From: Camelus ferus
Taxonomy: Eukaryota
Direction: 5' to 3'
Assembly (NCBI RefSeq): GCF_009834535.1
Contig: NC_045696.1
Location: forward strand, 88,166,001 to 88,230,000
DNA: 64,000 nt
Positions within the stretch are counted from its first letter, which is position 1, and every line of letters begins with the position of its first letter. A program made the translations under genes and the position numbers. Positions 14,613 through 29,059 of this stretch are shown here, piece by piece. A model generated the notes under the pieces. It ran no database searches, was not told where the DNA came from, and worked only from the letters and a program-made list of their open reading frames with translations.

Positions 14613-16654
14613 ACCCAATGTTTCTGAAGGGCATTTAAGAGGATATAATAAATGTAACCCCAAACTGACCCCTTTGAATCTGATACTTAAAAGTGATCTG
14701 ACCAGAACACAATCAACTGGAAATACAAAGGGCCATTTTTCTTCTTGACACTTCAGTAGGCTTATCCTTTGCTCTGACACTTCACTGTAGAGCTGACTAG
14801 CCCCAAACTGCTACACAAGTTTTTGAACACCTGAGGGTAAAGGATGAGAAATCCTTATTAAAAAGTTTAAAATTCTATCCATGTTGATTAGGATAAAATG
14901 GAGCCAAATCAAATCCTGAGTCTAGCTCCCTCCATTGTAATATACCACTCAGCTTCTCTCACCTTCCTATCACCGGGATATGACATTCCCACATTCTAAG
15001 GATAAGATAGGGACCCTGCCCTATTCATTCTGCACAAATTCCCCCAGTGTTTATCAGTACCATCCACAGAGTAGGCCTTACATAGATAAGATGATAAACA
15101 GACAGACAGATAGATGGATCTATCCCAGAGTGTGGCAGATTTTGCCGCAACATTTCTGGAAGAATCTTCTTCACTGGATTCTCTACAAGTGCATTCCACA
15201 GGATTTCAGCTACGCCCCACTATTTACAGTTCTCCAAACTCACCAACCTCTTTCCAAACTGTACTTCTACCTATGGGAGCCTGTACTAGGAAAGGCCTCC
15301 CTCCCTTCTCACCAGAGAAGTACTTCAAGACACAGTTTAATGTCATCTCCTCTGTCTTTCCCATGAAACTGTCAGCTCCGTGGAAACAAAGACGTCTTCC
15401 TTCTTCAAAGACACCATCTAGCATGATGCCTGGTATGAGGTAGATGCTCAGTGAGTATTTATTGTATGGAGAAATAAATTAATTCAAAAGCTCCCCTAAT
15501 CCTCCCAGACTGCTTTTAACCTCACTTCTGTTCTCCTATTATAATTAATAAGTACCTTAAAAAATTTCCAAAGTTGTATGATGATTATCTATCATGGTAC
15601 CTGACAGTAAGTGGCCAATAAATATTCAAGGCGTGAAATATTTATGGCAGAAACAGACTAGGATTCTCAAATCCATGCCTGTGGGTTTTTTTAGCCCACA
15701 TAACTGAGAACTGGTTTTATAGTGACAGATAAATAATCCAGTTCACAGAGGTGGGGCATCTCCAAACCACGTTTTCTTTTCTGGCACAGTCTCAGCTTGA
15801 GGATGAACAGAGACTGGCCGGGCACACAAAAATCTCTCTTTTTTTTTTTTAATTTTTCACTCTTTTTGGTCCCTCTTTCTCATCACTTAGATTGCCTTCA
15901 ATTATATTTCTTATTTTTTTTCTAGCTTTTTCATCCTTGTTTTCAAATCATCTTAAATCATTCTCTTGCCTCTAACATGTTAGACTCCACTTCCCAACAT
16001 AACACCACTGACTAACTTCATAAGCATGCTTTGTAATCTCTGGCAAGTCATTATTGCAACATTCACATTGGTTTCCTAGACAACAAGCCTCCCTGGAACA
16101 TGATACCATAAAGTCCCCAGGCTGGCATTAGCCACTGATGGTCAGTCTTTGAAAATAATTCTGAAACCAGTGATCCGCTATACTTCTTAATCCTTTCTTT
16201 CTTCAATGAAGCAATCATTTTTGATGACTAAGTTTCCTTTGTCCAATATTTAATACGCCCAAATTCAAGGAAAAGTTTAAGAAATGACTACAGTTTTGGA
16301 TTTTAGAGTTATAAAAACGTGCCTCTCATTGGCCGTTCTCCCAATCGCCCTCAAAAGAGTTTCTCATCATCTTCCTAATTTCTGAAATTCCACCATCAGA
16401 TATTCTGTTGAATCACTTCATTCCCTTTTAAAATATAAATATCTAGAGGCTAACAGGATTTTCAGTCACTTACATCTAATCATTAATTTGCTTTGGGGGG
16501 AGCAATTTTAGTCCTTGAAAGACAGAGAACCATCAGGGGAGCTTACTTGGAGAATTCTGAAAATGTATGAGGAATGAATGAAAGGAGGAGGGGTCTCAAA
16601 AAACAACTGACTTACTTGTATAAAAAGAGAAGTGGATTAAAACTCGAGTCTTGA

Positions 16655-16880
16655 AGGGGAGGAAGGGATAAACTGGGAATTTGGGACTGGCAGATACAAA
16701 CTACTATATACAGACTAGATAAACAACAAGGTCATACTGTATAGCACAGGGAACTATATTCAATGGCTTGTAGAAAAAAATATGAAAAATTTATGGGAAA
16801 GAATATATATCTGAATCACTATGCTGTACACCGGAAACTAATACAACATCATAAATCAACTATACTTCAATTTTAAAAAA
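16655..16880 (+). mobile_element. Short cetartiodactyl L1 3' end
   Basis: gggataaactgggaatttgggactggcagatacaaactactatata...gtatagcacagggaactatattcaa...aaatcaactatacttcaa. Confidence 0.9.
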
Positions 16881-16914
16881 GATGGGGGGAAAAAAACCTT
16901 AAGAGTCTTGCATG

Positions 16915-17375
16915 CAAACAGTCTAAAGAACTCCTATGAATCAATATGAAAAAGACTGATGACCCACTAAAATTTGGCCCCAAAATTGAACAAGCACCTC
17001 ACAAAAGAAGATACACAAATGGCCAGCCATTATATGAAAAGATGTTCACCATTTTAAGTACTGCTGATACACAGCACAGATGAAGTTCTAGACAGATGCT
17101 GAGGAAAGAAGCCAGACAGGAAAGACAATAAACTGTATGATTCCAAATATACGAAGTTCAAGAACAAGCAAAATTAATCTATGGTGGTAGACATTAGCGT
17201 AGTGGTCATGTTTGTGGGGTGGGGTGATTTGACTGGAGGTGGGCACAAAGAAGTCTTCCAGGTTCTGGAAATTTTCCATATCATGACATGGTGGTGATGT
17301 CATGGGCACAGACAAATATTTAAAGTCATCAAGCCGTCCATTCAACATTTCTGCGCTTTTCTACAGGTATGTCAT
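16915..17375 (+). mobile_element. Older L1 fragments
   Basis: gaacaagcacctcacaaaagaagatacacaaatggcc and gaaagaagccagacagg...ctgtatgattcca...ggggtgatttgactggagg. Confidence 0.75.
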
Positions 17376-17939
17376 GTATCAGTATTTTTTTTCTTTTTTA
17401 AATCAGAAGTCTTTGGTTGGAATATGAATGCTGCAATCTGTGGGTCCTGGGTCACACGTTTTCAGTTACAGAATCCAGGATTTTAGAGATATAAAAAGAT
17501 GCCTCTCATTGGCCATTCTTCCAATGAGGAACCAGTGATGAGGCAACTAGCTTCTGCCTCCTTTGGTCCTTGACGTTGCCAGGTCACCTTCTGGTTTCCC
17601 CATAGAGCTCTTTAGCCCTCTCCTGCTTGTCAATCCAAAGTCTGAGAAACAAGACTTAGGGGCCCAGTCGGTTAACACCCAAATGTGAAACTGTTGTTTT
17701 TGGATTTTTGTTTGTTTGTTTAATATTTTTCTCCTGCTGAGACTAAACCTTTTAAAATAAATTGCTTATCTAATGCTCTATGGGGTAGTTAAATAAGAAT
17801 ATCAATCAACCAACTTGCTGGATTCAGTGTTTTCTCAAGCTTTCATATAATAGCCATGGCATCTAGGTCTTTGGTCATTTCTGAGACAAAAAAGATGGAA
17901 CAACCATTGTCTTGACTTAGTCGCCTCCTCCCTTCGACT

Positions 17940-18055
17940 GTGACTTCCTTGAAGACAAGAAATTATTTCATTCATCTTTGTATCCCTGGCATCAAGCCCA
18001 GTGCCTGGTACATAGTAGGTGCTCATTAATTTTTCTTGAATTAAAATGAATGAGT
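17940..18055 (+). mobile_element. L2 3' end
   Basis: ttcatctttgtatccctggcatcaagcccagtgcctggtacatagtaggtgctcattaa...tgaatga. Confidence 0.8.
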
Positions 18056-18884
18056 AAGACCTTCACAAAACCTTTTGCCAGAGGCAATTTTAACTTGCAT
18101 TCAACATCCAAGTAGTGTGGGTGTTCTGCTTTGGCAATAGCTCTGACATTGAATAATCTGGATGTTCCAAATTTCTTGTTGCTCATTTATCCTCAGGGAG
18201 AAAAAAGGGAAGCAGGGGAGGATGGTGTTTGTGGGCCTAGCAGACACATCTCAGACTCATCACCCTGCGCGACAGATCAGTGGAGGCAGCGGCAAGACCA
18301 AGGCCACCTGCCCTGCTGTCTTCTGACTGCTGATGTTGCCTTAATCACTGAGCTGATGCAATTTCCTGCCGCTAACCCTCGCTATGGTCCACTGGGAGGT
18401 CTCGTTTGTCACTGTCATTACCTTTCAGATCAGCAAAACATCCGTCTTTACTGGGGCCCTCCTTCAGAGCCTTGCTCAGGAGTATCAGAAGCTCACGGGC
18501 AGCACAGTGATCCAAGACAATGGTCCTTGTGCCCCAATATGAAGGTGGATTCATGCACTTTGATATATTCACTCTATTAATAGTGATTTTGAGGAAAGAC
18601 TGAGCCTCAGTCTCATTTCAGAGTGGCACTTTGTTTTTATGTATCCTTTATCAAACACATGTTTTTGTAATTTTTTAATAACTCACATATTCTACGGAAG
18701 GGCCTCGATTAAACATATAGCTCCAATTCAACCAACTCTGTCACCTCTGATAATACACTGAGCCCAAATCAGTCCTCCTTCCTGTCTACTCAGCTGAAAA
18801 ACGAATACACGCCTGACCCCCAAAAGGAGTCTGAACCATAAGCAAAATGCCCCCTCTACATTTGACTCAAGTAGAGCTGGCTTT

Positions 18885-19075
18885 CTTATTTAACAAACAT
18901 CTGTCTAGCATATACTCTGTGCCAGACACAATTCTAAGAATTTTACAAACAGAAACTCATTTATAACACCAAAATCTCACTTGCTGGATGAGGAAACTGA
19001 GGCACAGGGAGACTTAGTATCTTGACCCAGGTCACATGGCTGGTAAATGAAACTCTAACCCCTTCCTGAGTCCAT
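18885..19075 (-). mobile_element. MIR fragment
   Basis: gatgaggaaactgaggcacagggagacttagtatcttgacccaggtcacatggctggtaa. Confidence 0.8.
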
Positions 19076-19639
19076 GCACCTAATCACAACAGTCAGACAA
19101 CATACGTTCTTTGGACCTAAATGCCAGGTCCAAAGCTTCCCACAGTGTTCTGACCACATTACTTCGTTACCTAATTAATTCTTTCAACTCTGGCCCAGAA
19201 CAAATTAGAAGGGTATGTGTGTGTGCGTGAGGGTGGGGACGGAGGTGTGCACATGTGTGAGTGCACAATGAACAAGTGGTCCACAAAATTGTACCTCTTC
19301 TGCTGTCTCTCACATTTTACAATTCATGGCCACCAGCTGGGTCTCCAGAAACAGATGTTCAGAGGGAATTTGAGGTGCAAGATGTTTATTATGAATCAGC
19401 CCCTGTGAAGGGAAGGGAAAGGTGGCTGAGAGCTCTGGACTGAGTAAGGCCCATGCCGGTGACCACAGAGAGCTGAGCGGCTGGGCCTCTGTCCAGCCAC
19501 CTTGCCCAGGTGCCAGTTTGGGGCTTGCCCGGGAAGGGCATAACCTCAAGTAGGACAGCTCTGCAGCTGAGGCCGAGCCTGGAGGAGCACACTCCCCTCA
19601 GCCGGGCATCCAGTCTTTCCTTGAAGGGGATCTGGGCGG

Positions 19640-20260
19640 CGCACCTCCATGTCTGCCAAACTCAGAGTAAAAGCCTAGGGCTTTACAAAGCCTCCAAGTC
19701 CTACGCAATCTGCGACACTGTCACCTCTCTGTTTTTTTTGTTTGTTTGTTTGCTTGTTTGTTTATTAGTGGAGGTACTGGGGATTGAACCCAGGACCTTG
19801 TGCATGCTAGGCATGTGCTCTACCACTAAGTTATACCCTCCCCCCGCCATCACCTCTCTGACCTCACTCACCACTTCCCACCGCCCCCCTGTCTCCTTGC
19901 CAGGAAAGCCCCTACCTTAAGGATTTTGTCCTTGTGTTCCCTCTGCGTGCTCCAATGTCCACATGATTTGCTCTTCTGCCTTCTTCATGTCTTGGCTCAA
20001 ATATTACATCTCAGTGAAGCATTTTCGGAACACAACGTTAAATCCCTCCCACCACCCCTCACCCTACTCGGATACTCCCAGTCCTCCTTCCTGCTTCTCT
20101 CCATGCCATTTATCGCCTTCTGACATACCATATAGTTAATGGCTTTTTTTTTTTAATTCTTTCTCTTCATAAGCTCTGTGAAGACGCAGGATTTTTTCCC
20201 CTTTTGTGCTCACTCATTTATCTTCAGTACCAAGAACAGTGGCTGGCAGGCACTGAACGA
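19640..20260 (+). mobile_element. L2 fragment (interrupted by the SINE)
   Basis: ttcatgtcttggctcaaatattacatctcagtgaagc, aagctctgtgaagacgcagg, cagtaccaagaacagtggctggca. Confidence 0.65.
19732..19844 (-). mobile_element. Camelid tRNA-Ala-derived SINE (vic-1-like) inserted in an L2
   Basis: Reverse complement reads ggggagggtataacttagtggtagagcacatgcctagcatgcacaaggtcctgggttcaatccccagtacctcca plus an A-rich tail. A 16-bp TSD flanks it. Confidence 0.9.
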
Positions 20261-21743
20261 CTACCCAGAGTAAAAGAAGGCGGTTTCTGCCTCCTCAGCT
20301 CCCTCCACAAGCTCAGGACAAGTAAGAAGCATTTCCTACCTCAGAGGAAGGAACCTTGAATATGCAGATCTCTCATGTCATCTCTATCAGATGCAACGTA
20401 ATTCTTAGACTTCGACCAACAACAAATATGCTTTAAGTCTATTCCTGGAACAATCAAGCAGTCTTACTAGATTTTTCTGCCAAATGTACATGGATTACCC
20501 ACTAGGATGATCAGAGCACCCAACTGCAGACTCCCTGGTCAGCAAACCCCATTGGTTCCATCTGCAGTTTTACAGGAGACCCACTCCCGCATCCCCTTGC
20601 TGAGGTATCAGTGGTTTCTTGTCCCTCTTCTCAATCCCTTTCACACCTGGGGTGACAAACTGGGCTACCACTGCTCTTTTTCCCATTATACCAGGTTTTA
20701 CCAGCCAAGCTTTTTAGCAAATTCTGCTTTGCTCCATTAGTTAAGAGTGTGGGTTCAAGTCTTGCCCACCTACACGATGGGTATCCTTTGGCACATTGCC
20801 CAATTGCCCCATGCTTCAGTCTCCTCGTGTGATCTGTCTCTTACAGCACTTTGGATACATAAAGCTTGAAGCCTGGCACATTGTTGGGACCTAGGAAAGA
20901 GTAGTTATCATGACTCCATAATTCCCACGTCTCTCTCCTGCCTGCCCCACCCATGTTTGTCACTGGCAGCTGCTTTGCTCTCAATTTTTCCTTCTCCCTA
21001 AGTCCTCCTTCCAAGTTTTACAGCACTCATTAACCTTTAAGTTTCACAGTCTTCTTGCCTCATTCAAAAATCTGTCTGTAAGTGGGTTTACAGTTATAGA
21101 ATATAGTAATTCCCAGGACTCAGAATGACCCATTTGGGGCTGGAGTGAGAGATAAAAATGGGTTGCCCCACCCCCCGCCACTGCGAAGAAGCATCCTATC
21201 AGGAGGCAACAGGAGATACATGCCCCTTTCAGAGTTGTCAGTTTCTCACAGCCACCCAATGGATCTGCCCAGTAGTCCTCCATCCCAACGAGGGGGAAAA
21301 AAGTATAGCTCTTTGAAACACAATAAAACATAAAATATATGGTATTTCAAGAAGCCAGTTTCTTAATTATGAAAGCTAAGTCACCGTGTCATCTACTTTG
21401 CACTAGACTATTGGTTTGTCATGGTTTTAAATTAAGATGGAAAACTCAAGGCAAAATAATCTGTGAGCACCACCTTGTGGAGAGATCCACAACCATCATG
21501 TCAGTTTGGACCCTATCGGACTTTATTCACTGAACACCTACGTAATGTTCTGGCTCTGGGGTTAGAGCAATAAACAGACAAAAATTCTTGGTCTCCTAGA
21601 ACTTACTTTCTATTGGGGAGACAAAAAATTAACAAGATCAGCAAGCGAAATACATAACACATTAGATGTGGTGAGTGCTACAGGGAAATGTAAAGCAAGG
21701 AAGAGCATCTGGGAATGGGACAGCAATTTAAAATTCCGTGGTC

Positions 21744-22069
21744 CATACATAGTAAACAAACTTACGGTTACCAGGGAGGAAGAGGGTGGAAAGGGATACA
21801 TTGCAAGTTCAAGATTTGCAAATGTTAACTACTACATATAAAATAGATTAAAAAAAACAAATTTCTTCCATATAGCACAGGGAACTATATTCAGTATCTT
21901 ATAGTAACCTATAATGAAAAAGAAAATGAATATGTTTGTGTATGTATGACTGAAACAGTATGCTGTACACCAGAAATTGACACACTGTAACTGACAATAC
22001 TTCAATTAAAGAAATACAATAAATTTCCCCAGATTTGGCCTTAAAAAACTTTTTTTTTAATAAAAAAAT
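21744..22069 (+). mobile_element. Cetartiodactyl L1 3' end with 14-bp TSD
   Basis: aacaaacttacggttaccagggagg...tatagcacagggaactatattcag. TSD aaaattc(c/a)gtggtc lies at 21730-21743 and 22070-22083. Confidence 0.9.
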
Positions 22070-22549
22070 AAAATTCAGTGGTCGAAGAAGGCCTTACTGA
22101 AAAGGCGATATTTGAATAAAGGCTTAAGAGAGAGGAAGGGGCCAGAAATGCCTTTACCTGGGATAAGAGCCATTTAGGTAGAATGATACCTGCAAAACCT
22201 GAAGTGGAAATACGCTTGGTGGATTTGAAGAATGGCATTGAGAGCAATGTCCCAAGTGAGCGCAGAGGAGATGGCAGGAGATGAAGTTGGAGGGAAAGCA
22301 AGGGTCAGATCACATGGGGCCTGTCTGGTCACTGTAAGGATTCACCTTCTACTCAGGATGAGATGGGAGCTTCCAGAGCTTCAAGAGGCTTTGAGTAGAG
22401 GAGTAAGATGATCAAACTTCATTTTTTTGTTTGTTTGGGTTTTTTTGTTTGTTGGTTTTTCAAGGAACAGAATTTATTTTAGGATCTACCATTAATTATT
22501 GAAATAATTTTCCTACTGATGAACACTTGGACTCTTTTTTCAGAATTCT

Positions 22550-23165
22550 ATTTTTTAAATTTTTTTATTGAAGTAGAGTTGATTTACAGTGTTGTGTTAG
22601 TTTCTGGTATAAGCATAGTGATTCAGTCATACATATATACATTGTTTTTCATTATAGATTATTAAAAGCTATTGGATATAGTCCCCTGTGACCTTGTTTG
22701 TTTATATTTTATATTTTATAATTAGTATCTACAAATCTTAAACTCCCAGTTTATCCCTTCCCACCCCCTTCCCCCTCATAACCATAAGTTTGTTTTCTAC
22801 GTCTGTGAGTCTGTTTCTGTTTTGTAAATAAGTTCATGTGAGTCATTTTTTAGATTCCACATGTAGGTGATATCATATATTTGTCTTTCTCTGTCTGACT
22901 TACTTCACCTAGTATGATAATCTCTAGGTCCACCCATGTTGCTGCTAATAGCATTATTTCATTTGTTTTAATGGCTGAATAATATACTATTTTTATATAC
23001 ATATATATAATGGAGTATATATATATATACACACACATACATATACATACATACATACCACAACTTCTTTATCCAGTCATCTGTCAATGGACATTTAGGT
23101 TGCTTCCATGTCTTGGCTGTTGTAAACAGTGCTGCTGTGAACATTGGGGTGCAAGTATCTTTCAA
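22550..23165 (-). mobile_element. Cetartiodactyl L1 3' end
   Basis: ttttattgaagtagagttgatttacagtgttgtgttagtttctgg ... ttagattccacatgtaggtgatatc ... gaacattggggtgca. Confidence 0.9.
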
Positions 23166-23204
23166 AAGTCCAATTTCCTTTTTAACAGGATTGCTTTGAT
23201 TGAA

Positions 23205-24465
23205 GGAGTCAGGGGCAGAAATAGGCAATACTGCCTTTAGACCCAAGCAAGAGGAGCCCCTGCCCTGGGCCCCAGGTTGGACAGGGCCCTGCATAAAACA
23301 AATACACAAGATGTACATTTATGATAATACCTTGAGTATCTTTCTTAGCAGTCAGGCTCAATTCTGGCACAGCCCGTCCTACAGTCTTAAATATGTACTT
23401 CTTTGCCTACTACCTTTTAGACCCTTTAGACTCTTCATCACACCTCTTGCCTTATGTGCATCAAACAAAAGGTGATAGCTTTCAGTGCCATCAAGGCTAG
23501 GGGGTGCACAGCTGTACACATGGGAGATAGTCACTGCCTAGGAGTGGGGGGAGGATTTGAGCAATGTATGTGCCTAATTAAGAGATGTACAACTTAGCTT
23601 ATTGACTTCCTCTTGGAGCGCATAAATGCCATAGACAGCAAAGTATTATGTCTCAGTTGTGCTGAGCATTCTTTTCCTGCTTCTCTTTGTATTCCAGTTC
23701 ATCATTCTTGAGATACTCATAAACTGCCCAGGGTTTGCAACAGGCACATACTTAATGCCTAGAAATATTAAACAATGCATACCTCTCTAAATTTCTATTT
23801 ATACAGGTCCAAACAGAAAATTCATGCTGGATCTAGATTCTAGAATATTGTTTCAAGAGATGCTGAAAATGGCAATATAAGTAATCATAGTTCATAGGAT
23901 GAAATTTAAATATTTTGAAATATTGTTTACAACAGTGATGATGTATCATATGCAACCCCAATTACAATATTTGATCATGATATGTAAAAGTCACAGCTCA
24001 TTTCCAAAACTTATTACTAGTTCAGCTGAGTAAATTTTCTCCAAACTGAACTGAAATGAATTTTTAAAATACAATGATTCAACAAAAGTGGTTTGATTTG
24101 ATAAAAATGGTCAATAGAACATGACTTACATGGAAATCTTGATTATGAAAATATATATTTTGCTGAAACATCTACAGGATAGACACACAGTAATGCAAAA
24201 GTTAAAGTCTTTCTTTGCTCATCCAAATATCACTTACCCATTAATAGAGCAACCAGACACACACAATAGTAATCCAGTCATCTTTGATTTTTGCTTACTG
24301 TCAGTCGTATAGAAATCATTAATTTTTTAAAACTTTTTCAACATTAAATTATACATTAAAGTGGAAGGACAGAACATATTTTAAATAACTTTGTTAGTGA
24401 TTCATAAATTTTAAGTATTTAGATAGTTATTATGTTGGGTTGTAGTTTAGCCCTGAATCCCTTAG
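23205..24465 (+). mobile_element. hAT DNA transposon remnant (Tip100/Zaphod-like) with transposase C-terminal fossil
   Basis: 24016-24170 translates across frameshifts to TSSAE*IFSKL...TMIQQKW..L...SIEHDLHGNLDYENI..FAE, resembling the hAT dimerization domain. The boundaries are inferred from the interrupted L2. Confidence 0.65.
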
Positions 24466-25224
24466 GGATCTTAGGGAAATCCAATTTGGAGGTTATGCAA
24501 TAAAAAAAAAAAAATCCAGGCCATATGATGGTGGTTTGATCAGGGTGATGGTAATGGAGATGTGAAAAGTTGTGAAATTCTGGATACTTTCTGAAACACT
24601 AAAAGGATTTCCTGACAGACTGGATTTAAGGGTGAAAGGGAAAAATTAAATGACACAAGGTTTTTGGCCTGAGCAACTCCAGAAAAAAAGTTATTATGTA
24701 AGTTAGGGCAGGTTGTGGGAGGAGCAGTTTCGGGAGAATTTCAGAAGCGTGTTTTGTCATTATTAACACTCTTCATTTTGGAGCTTTTAACAAGATGAGA
24801 GAGTATAGCTGAAAGAAGGGGAACTGTTGTGCCATTTCTCCACCCTTGTAGCAGAAAGCAGCATAAGGAACCTAGAAGCCACCTCCCAAAACCATCCCAA
24901 AGGATAAGAACTTCCTTAGTTTGTATACCCTGAGAAAAATTCATAATTAACCACCAATCCTGGATCCTAATCCTAAACTCTTAACTTCAGACTTTCTATA
25001 TGTTTACCACAAACATACATGTAAGACCCTGTTTGATATCATAAATCCTCCATGTGAATTGTTCCTCCCTTACTGGTCCTCTGCCCAGCTGCTTGTTACA
25101 TCATATCCTTTGATGTGGTTTCTCTTCCAACTTCCTAGGTTAATTGGGTCTCAGCCTCCCCAAATCCTTCCAACCCAAAGATGGAGAAGGCATAAATAGA
25201 AAAATACGTATCTGTAAGAAAGGA

Positions 25225-25435
25225 CGGGAGGGATAAATTAGGAGTTTGGAACTAGCAGAAACTAACTGCTATATACAAAATAGATAAACAAGGAGGACCT
25301 ACTGTATAGCACAGGACACTATATTCAATAGCTTGTAATAACCAATAATGAAAAAGAATAAATATGTGCATGTATAACTGAATCACTATGCTGTATACCA
25401 GAAACTAATACAACATTGTAAATCAACTATATTTC

Positions 25436-25481
<46 letters not shown>
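25225..25481 (+). mobile_element. Cetartiodactyl L1 3' end with (TA)n tail
   Basis: gggagggataaattaggagtttggaactagcaga...aaatcaactatatttcaat followed by (TA)~20. Confidence 0.9.
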
Positions 25482-25489
<8 letters not shown>

Positions 25490-26699
25490 CCAAAATTCTT
25501 AAGTTCCTGGAATCTCTTCACTATCCCACCCTCAAACTGGAAAAGAGAATTCTAAGTACAAGTATCACTACTTTAATCACTTGCGAATTCTTCTCTCCCT
25601 CTGACAAATACAAGCAAGGCAACAATTAAAGTAACATTACAATCTAAATAGAGAAGAATTGCTGAAGGAAGGGGGAAATGTCAAGAGTAAACTTTACCCC
25701 AGACTGCTGAGCAATCTTCACATGAGAAACTAAAGCAACATTGCCAAAATTGGCATCTTACAGAGCGCTGCTCCACCGGATGTTGCTTGATGAGTTCTAT
25801 ATTCAAAATAAGCATAGGATCCTTGAATAAAACAAAATTAAACAAATTTCTTTCCTGTGGGAATGTTAAGAGACTACACCAACATGCTTTATGACTCTTC
25901 AAGAAGGAGATACAGAACATAGCATTTCCAATATTTGTTTGACACAGAAACCACTTTTTTTGCAGTAGTTCATAATAACAACTTCCAGTAATAGTTTTCC
26001 TCTGAACGCAATATATATATTAAATATATACATGAAGATAAAAAATGAATTATGTTTTTCAGAGTTTGCTTATCTGGCAGAGCAAGACCATAAAGTTCCC
26101 CATCACTCATTCCCTGATTTGATTCATCAAGATTTGCAAATCTGCATAACTATATGCCTTCATTAAACCAAATTCAATTTGGAGTCAATAAATTCATTTT
26201 CTCAAAAAAATGAGGCCGCTGAGTTATTATATATTCACAGTTTTAAATATTCACATTGCAAGTGAATTCCCAAGTAGCCACCTGTTCCAGCAGTGTTATC
26301 ACTGAATAACCAGAATTAATTATTTTAGAGGTGATGATAATGAAGCCAAAGTATTTATCCAAATTAAATGTCCTTTCATGAAGAAAGGGTAAAAATTTTA
26401 GATCAGTGATGATTTAATTTTGCTCTTGAATCTTTCGGGGACATTCAGTTCTTCTTAGCACAATAATTAGATGAATGGCTGGATCTTTGCTAAGATGAAG
26501 CACTATCTTTATAAATTTTCTTTTTACCTGTTACCCAACACACAAGTCCATATTGTACAGGTTTTTTTATGTGCCAGTTCTGACACATTGATTAATTTTA
26601 AAGATATTTTAGCTAGTCTTATTATTCTTTCTCTGTATTCTCCCTGAATTAAACTAAAATGGGAATAGTTCCATTTTGTTGGAAGGTTACCCTCCCAAC

Positions 26700-27018
<319 letters not shown>

Positions 27019-27129
27019 GAACTTCTGAGAAATGCCTGCCCATTATATGCCAGCTCTTGGCCTCACAGTCACACAGAAAAGATTTACACACATTTTTATG
27101 AGATATAGAAACCATTTAGTAGGAATATA

Positions 27130-27139
27130 TTTATTTATT
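27130..27139 (-). terminator. Probable OTOL1 polyadenylation signal (overlapping AATAAATAAA)
   Basis: Plus-strand tttatttatt gives two overlapping AATAAA on minus, ~305 nt after the stop. TG-rich sequence follows on minus (~27060-27090). Confidence 0.65.
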
Positions 27140-27443
27140 ACGAATCTCATTCATATTTTTGCATACAAATGTTATTATTTAAAGGGCAAGAGAAATGCTA
27201 TTAAATGCTAAATGAAAAAGACCTATGAAATTAATAGACGTGTTCTCAAATACATATAAACACTTTTAAAGATGATGTCTCAAAATAGGAATTATTGACT
27301 CTAGGTGATACAGTTTTCCTTATTTTTTTCTGTTCTATTCTTATTATGAAAAAAAAATAGTGAAAATTATTTTTTTTCAATAGCACTACGCTGTCACCTG
27401 GCTTACTCCACTAAACCCAAATTACAGTGCTGAAGACACACGT

Positions 27444-28346
<903 letters not shown>

Positions 28347-28987
28347 TTAAAATAATGGTTAAGGCTCACAGAGAGGCTGAGTGGTACGCTGTTATCAGAG
28401 AACTCACAAAATGAAACAAAAGCGCCCGATCGGTCCTGGAAACCTGGTTCTGGCCTCAGCAATGGCGGTGCCGTGAAGACTCTTACACTGAGCCTTTCAT
28501 ATCAAGCTACTGTCTCCCTAAAAGGGAAGAGTTAATGCTACTGAGAAGCCATAGCTTATATTTCCATCTCATATATCTAGTGCTTTTGCTTGTTAGACTT
28601 TTAAGATGATAAGAGTAAGAGAACTAGAGTTGCCGGCTGTGGTCTACCACACGGCGCATTTTGGCCCAACCCACCTTCTCCTAAATCTCCACACTGTCCA
28701 CTTAAACCTAAAATCTTACAGGCACAGAAACTGCAACCCAGAAAGATTTGGGCATCTTTTCCCCAAGGACAGCTAAAGTGAGACGCAGAGCTCAGATATT
28801 TTTCCACCTCCAAACTCCTATACCAGTGCTAGTGACACTCCATCTGATCAGTAACCTGAATGATTAGGAAATTATTAGTAATTTATATCTCCATCTTACC
28901 TCCCTGAAAACCTTAACTACAAAGGAAGAAAATTAATGGCTATCCTGCACACGAGACTGTACATAATAGATATGTTTTATACCCTAC

Positions 28988-29059
28988 CTGGTTCTCCAGG
29001 TTTTCCTGGGTATCCTGGAACTCCACTTGCTCCTTGGTCCCCACGTTCTCCTTTTAGTC
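28988..29059 (-). CDS. OTOL1: Otolin-1 coding exon 3 (8 Gly-X-Y triplets)
   Basis: Acceptor tatcattttag| and donor CCAG|GTAGGG. The 72 nt encode [24 protein letters not shown], phase 1/1. Confidence 0.95.

Larger units (their letters stand above)
21520..24770 (-). mobile_element. Long L2 remnant split by three later insertions
   Basis: L2-like segments lie at ~21520-21743, 22070-22420, ~23180-23200 and 24470-24770 (ggtcactgtaaggattcaccttctactc; gatggtggtttgatcagggtgatggtaatggagatg; ggtttttggcctgagcaact). Confidence 0.7.
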
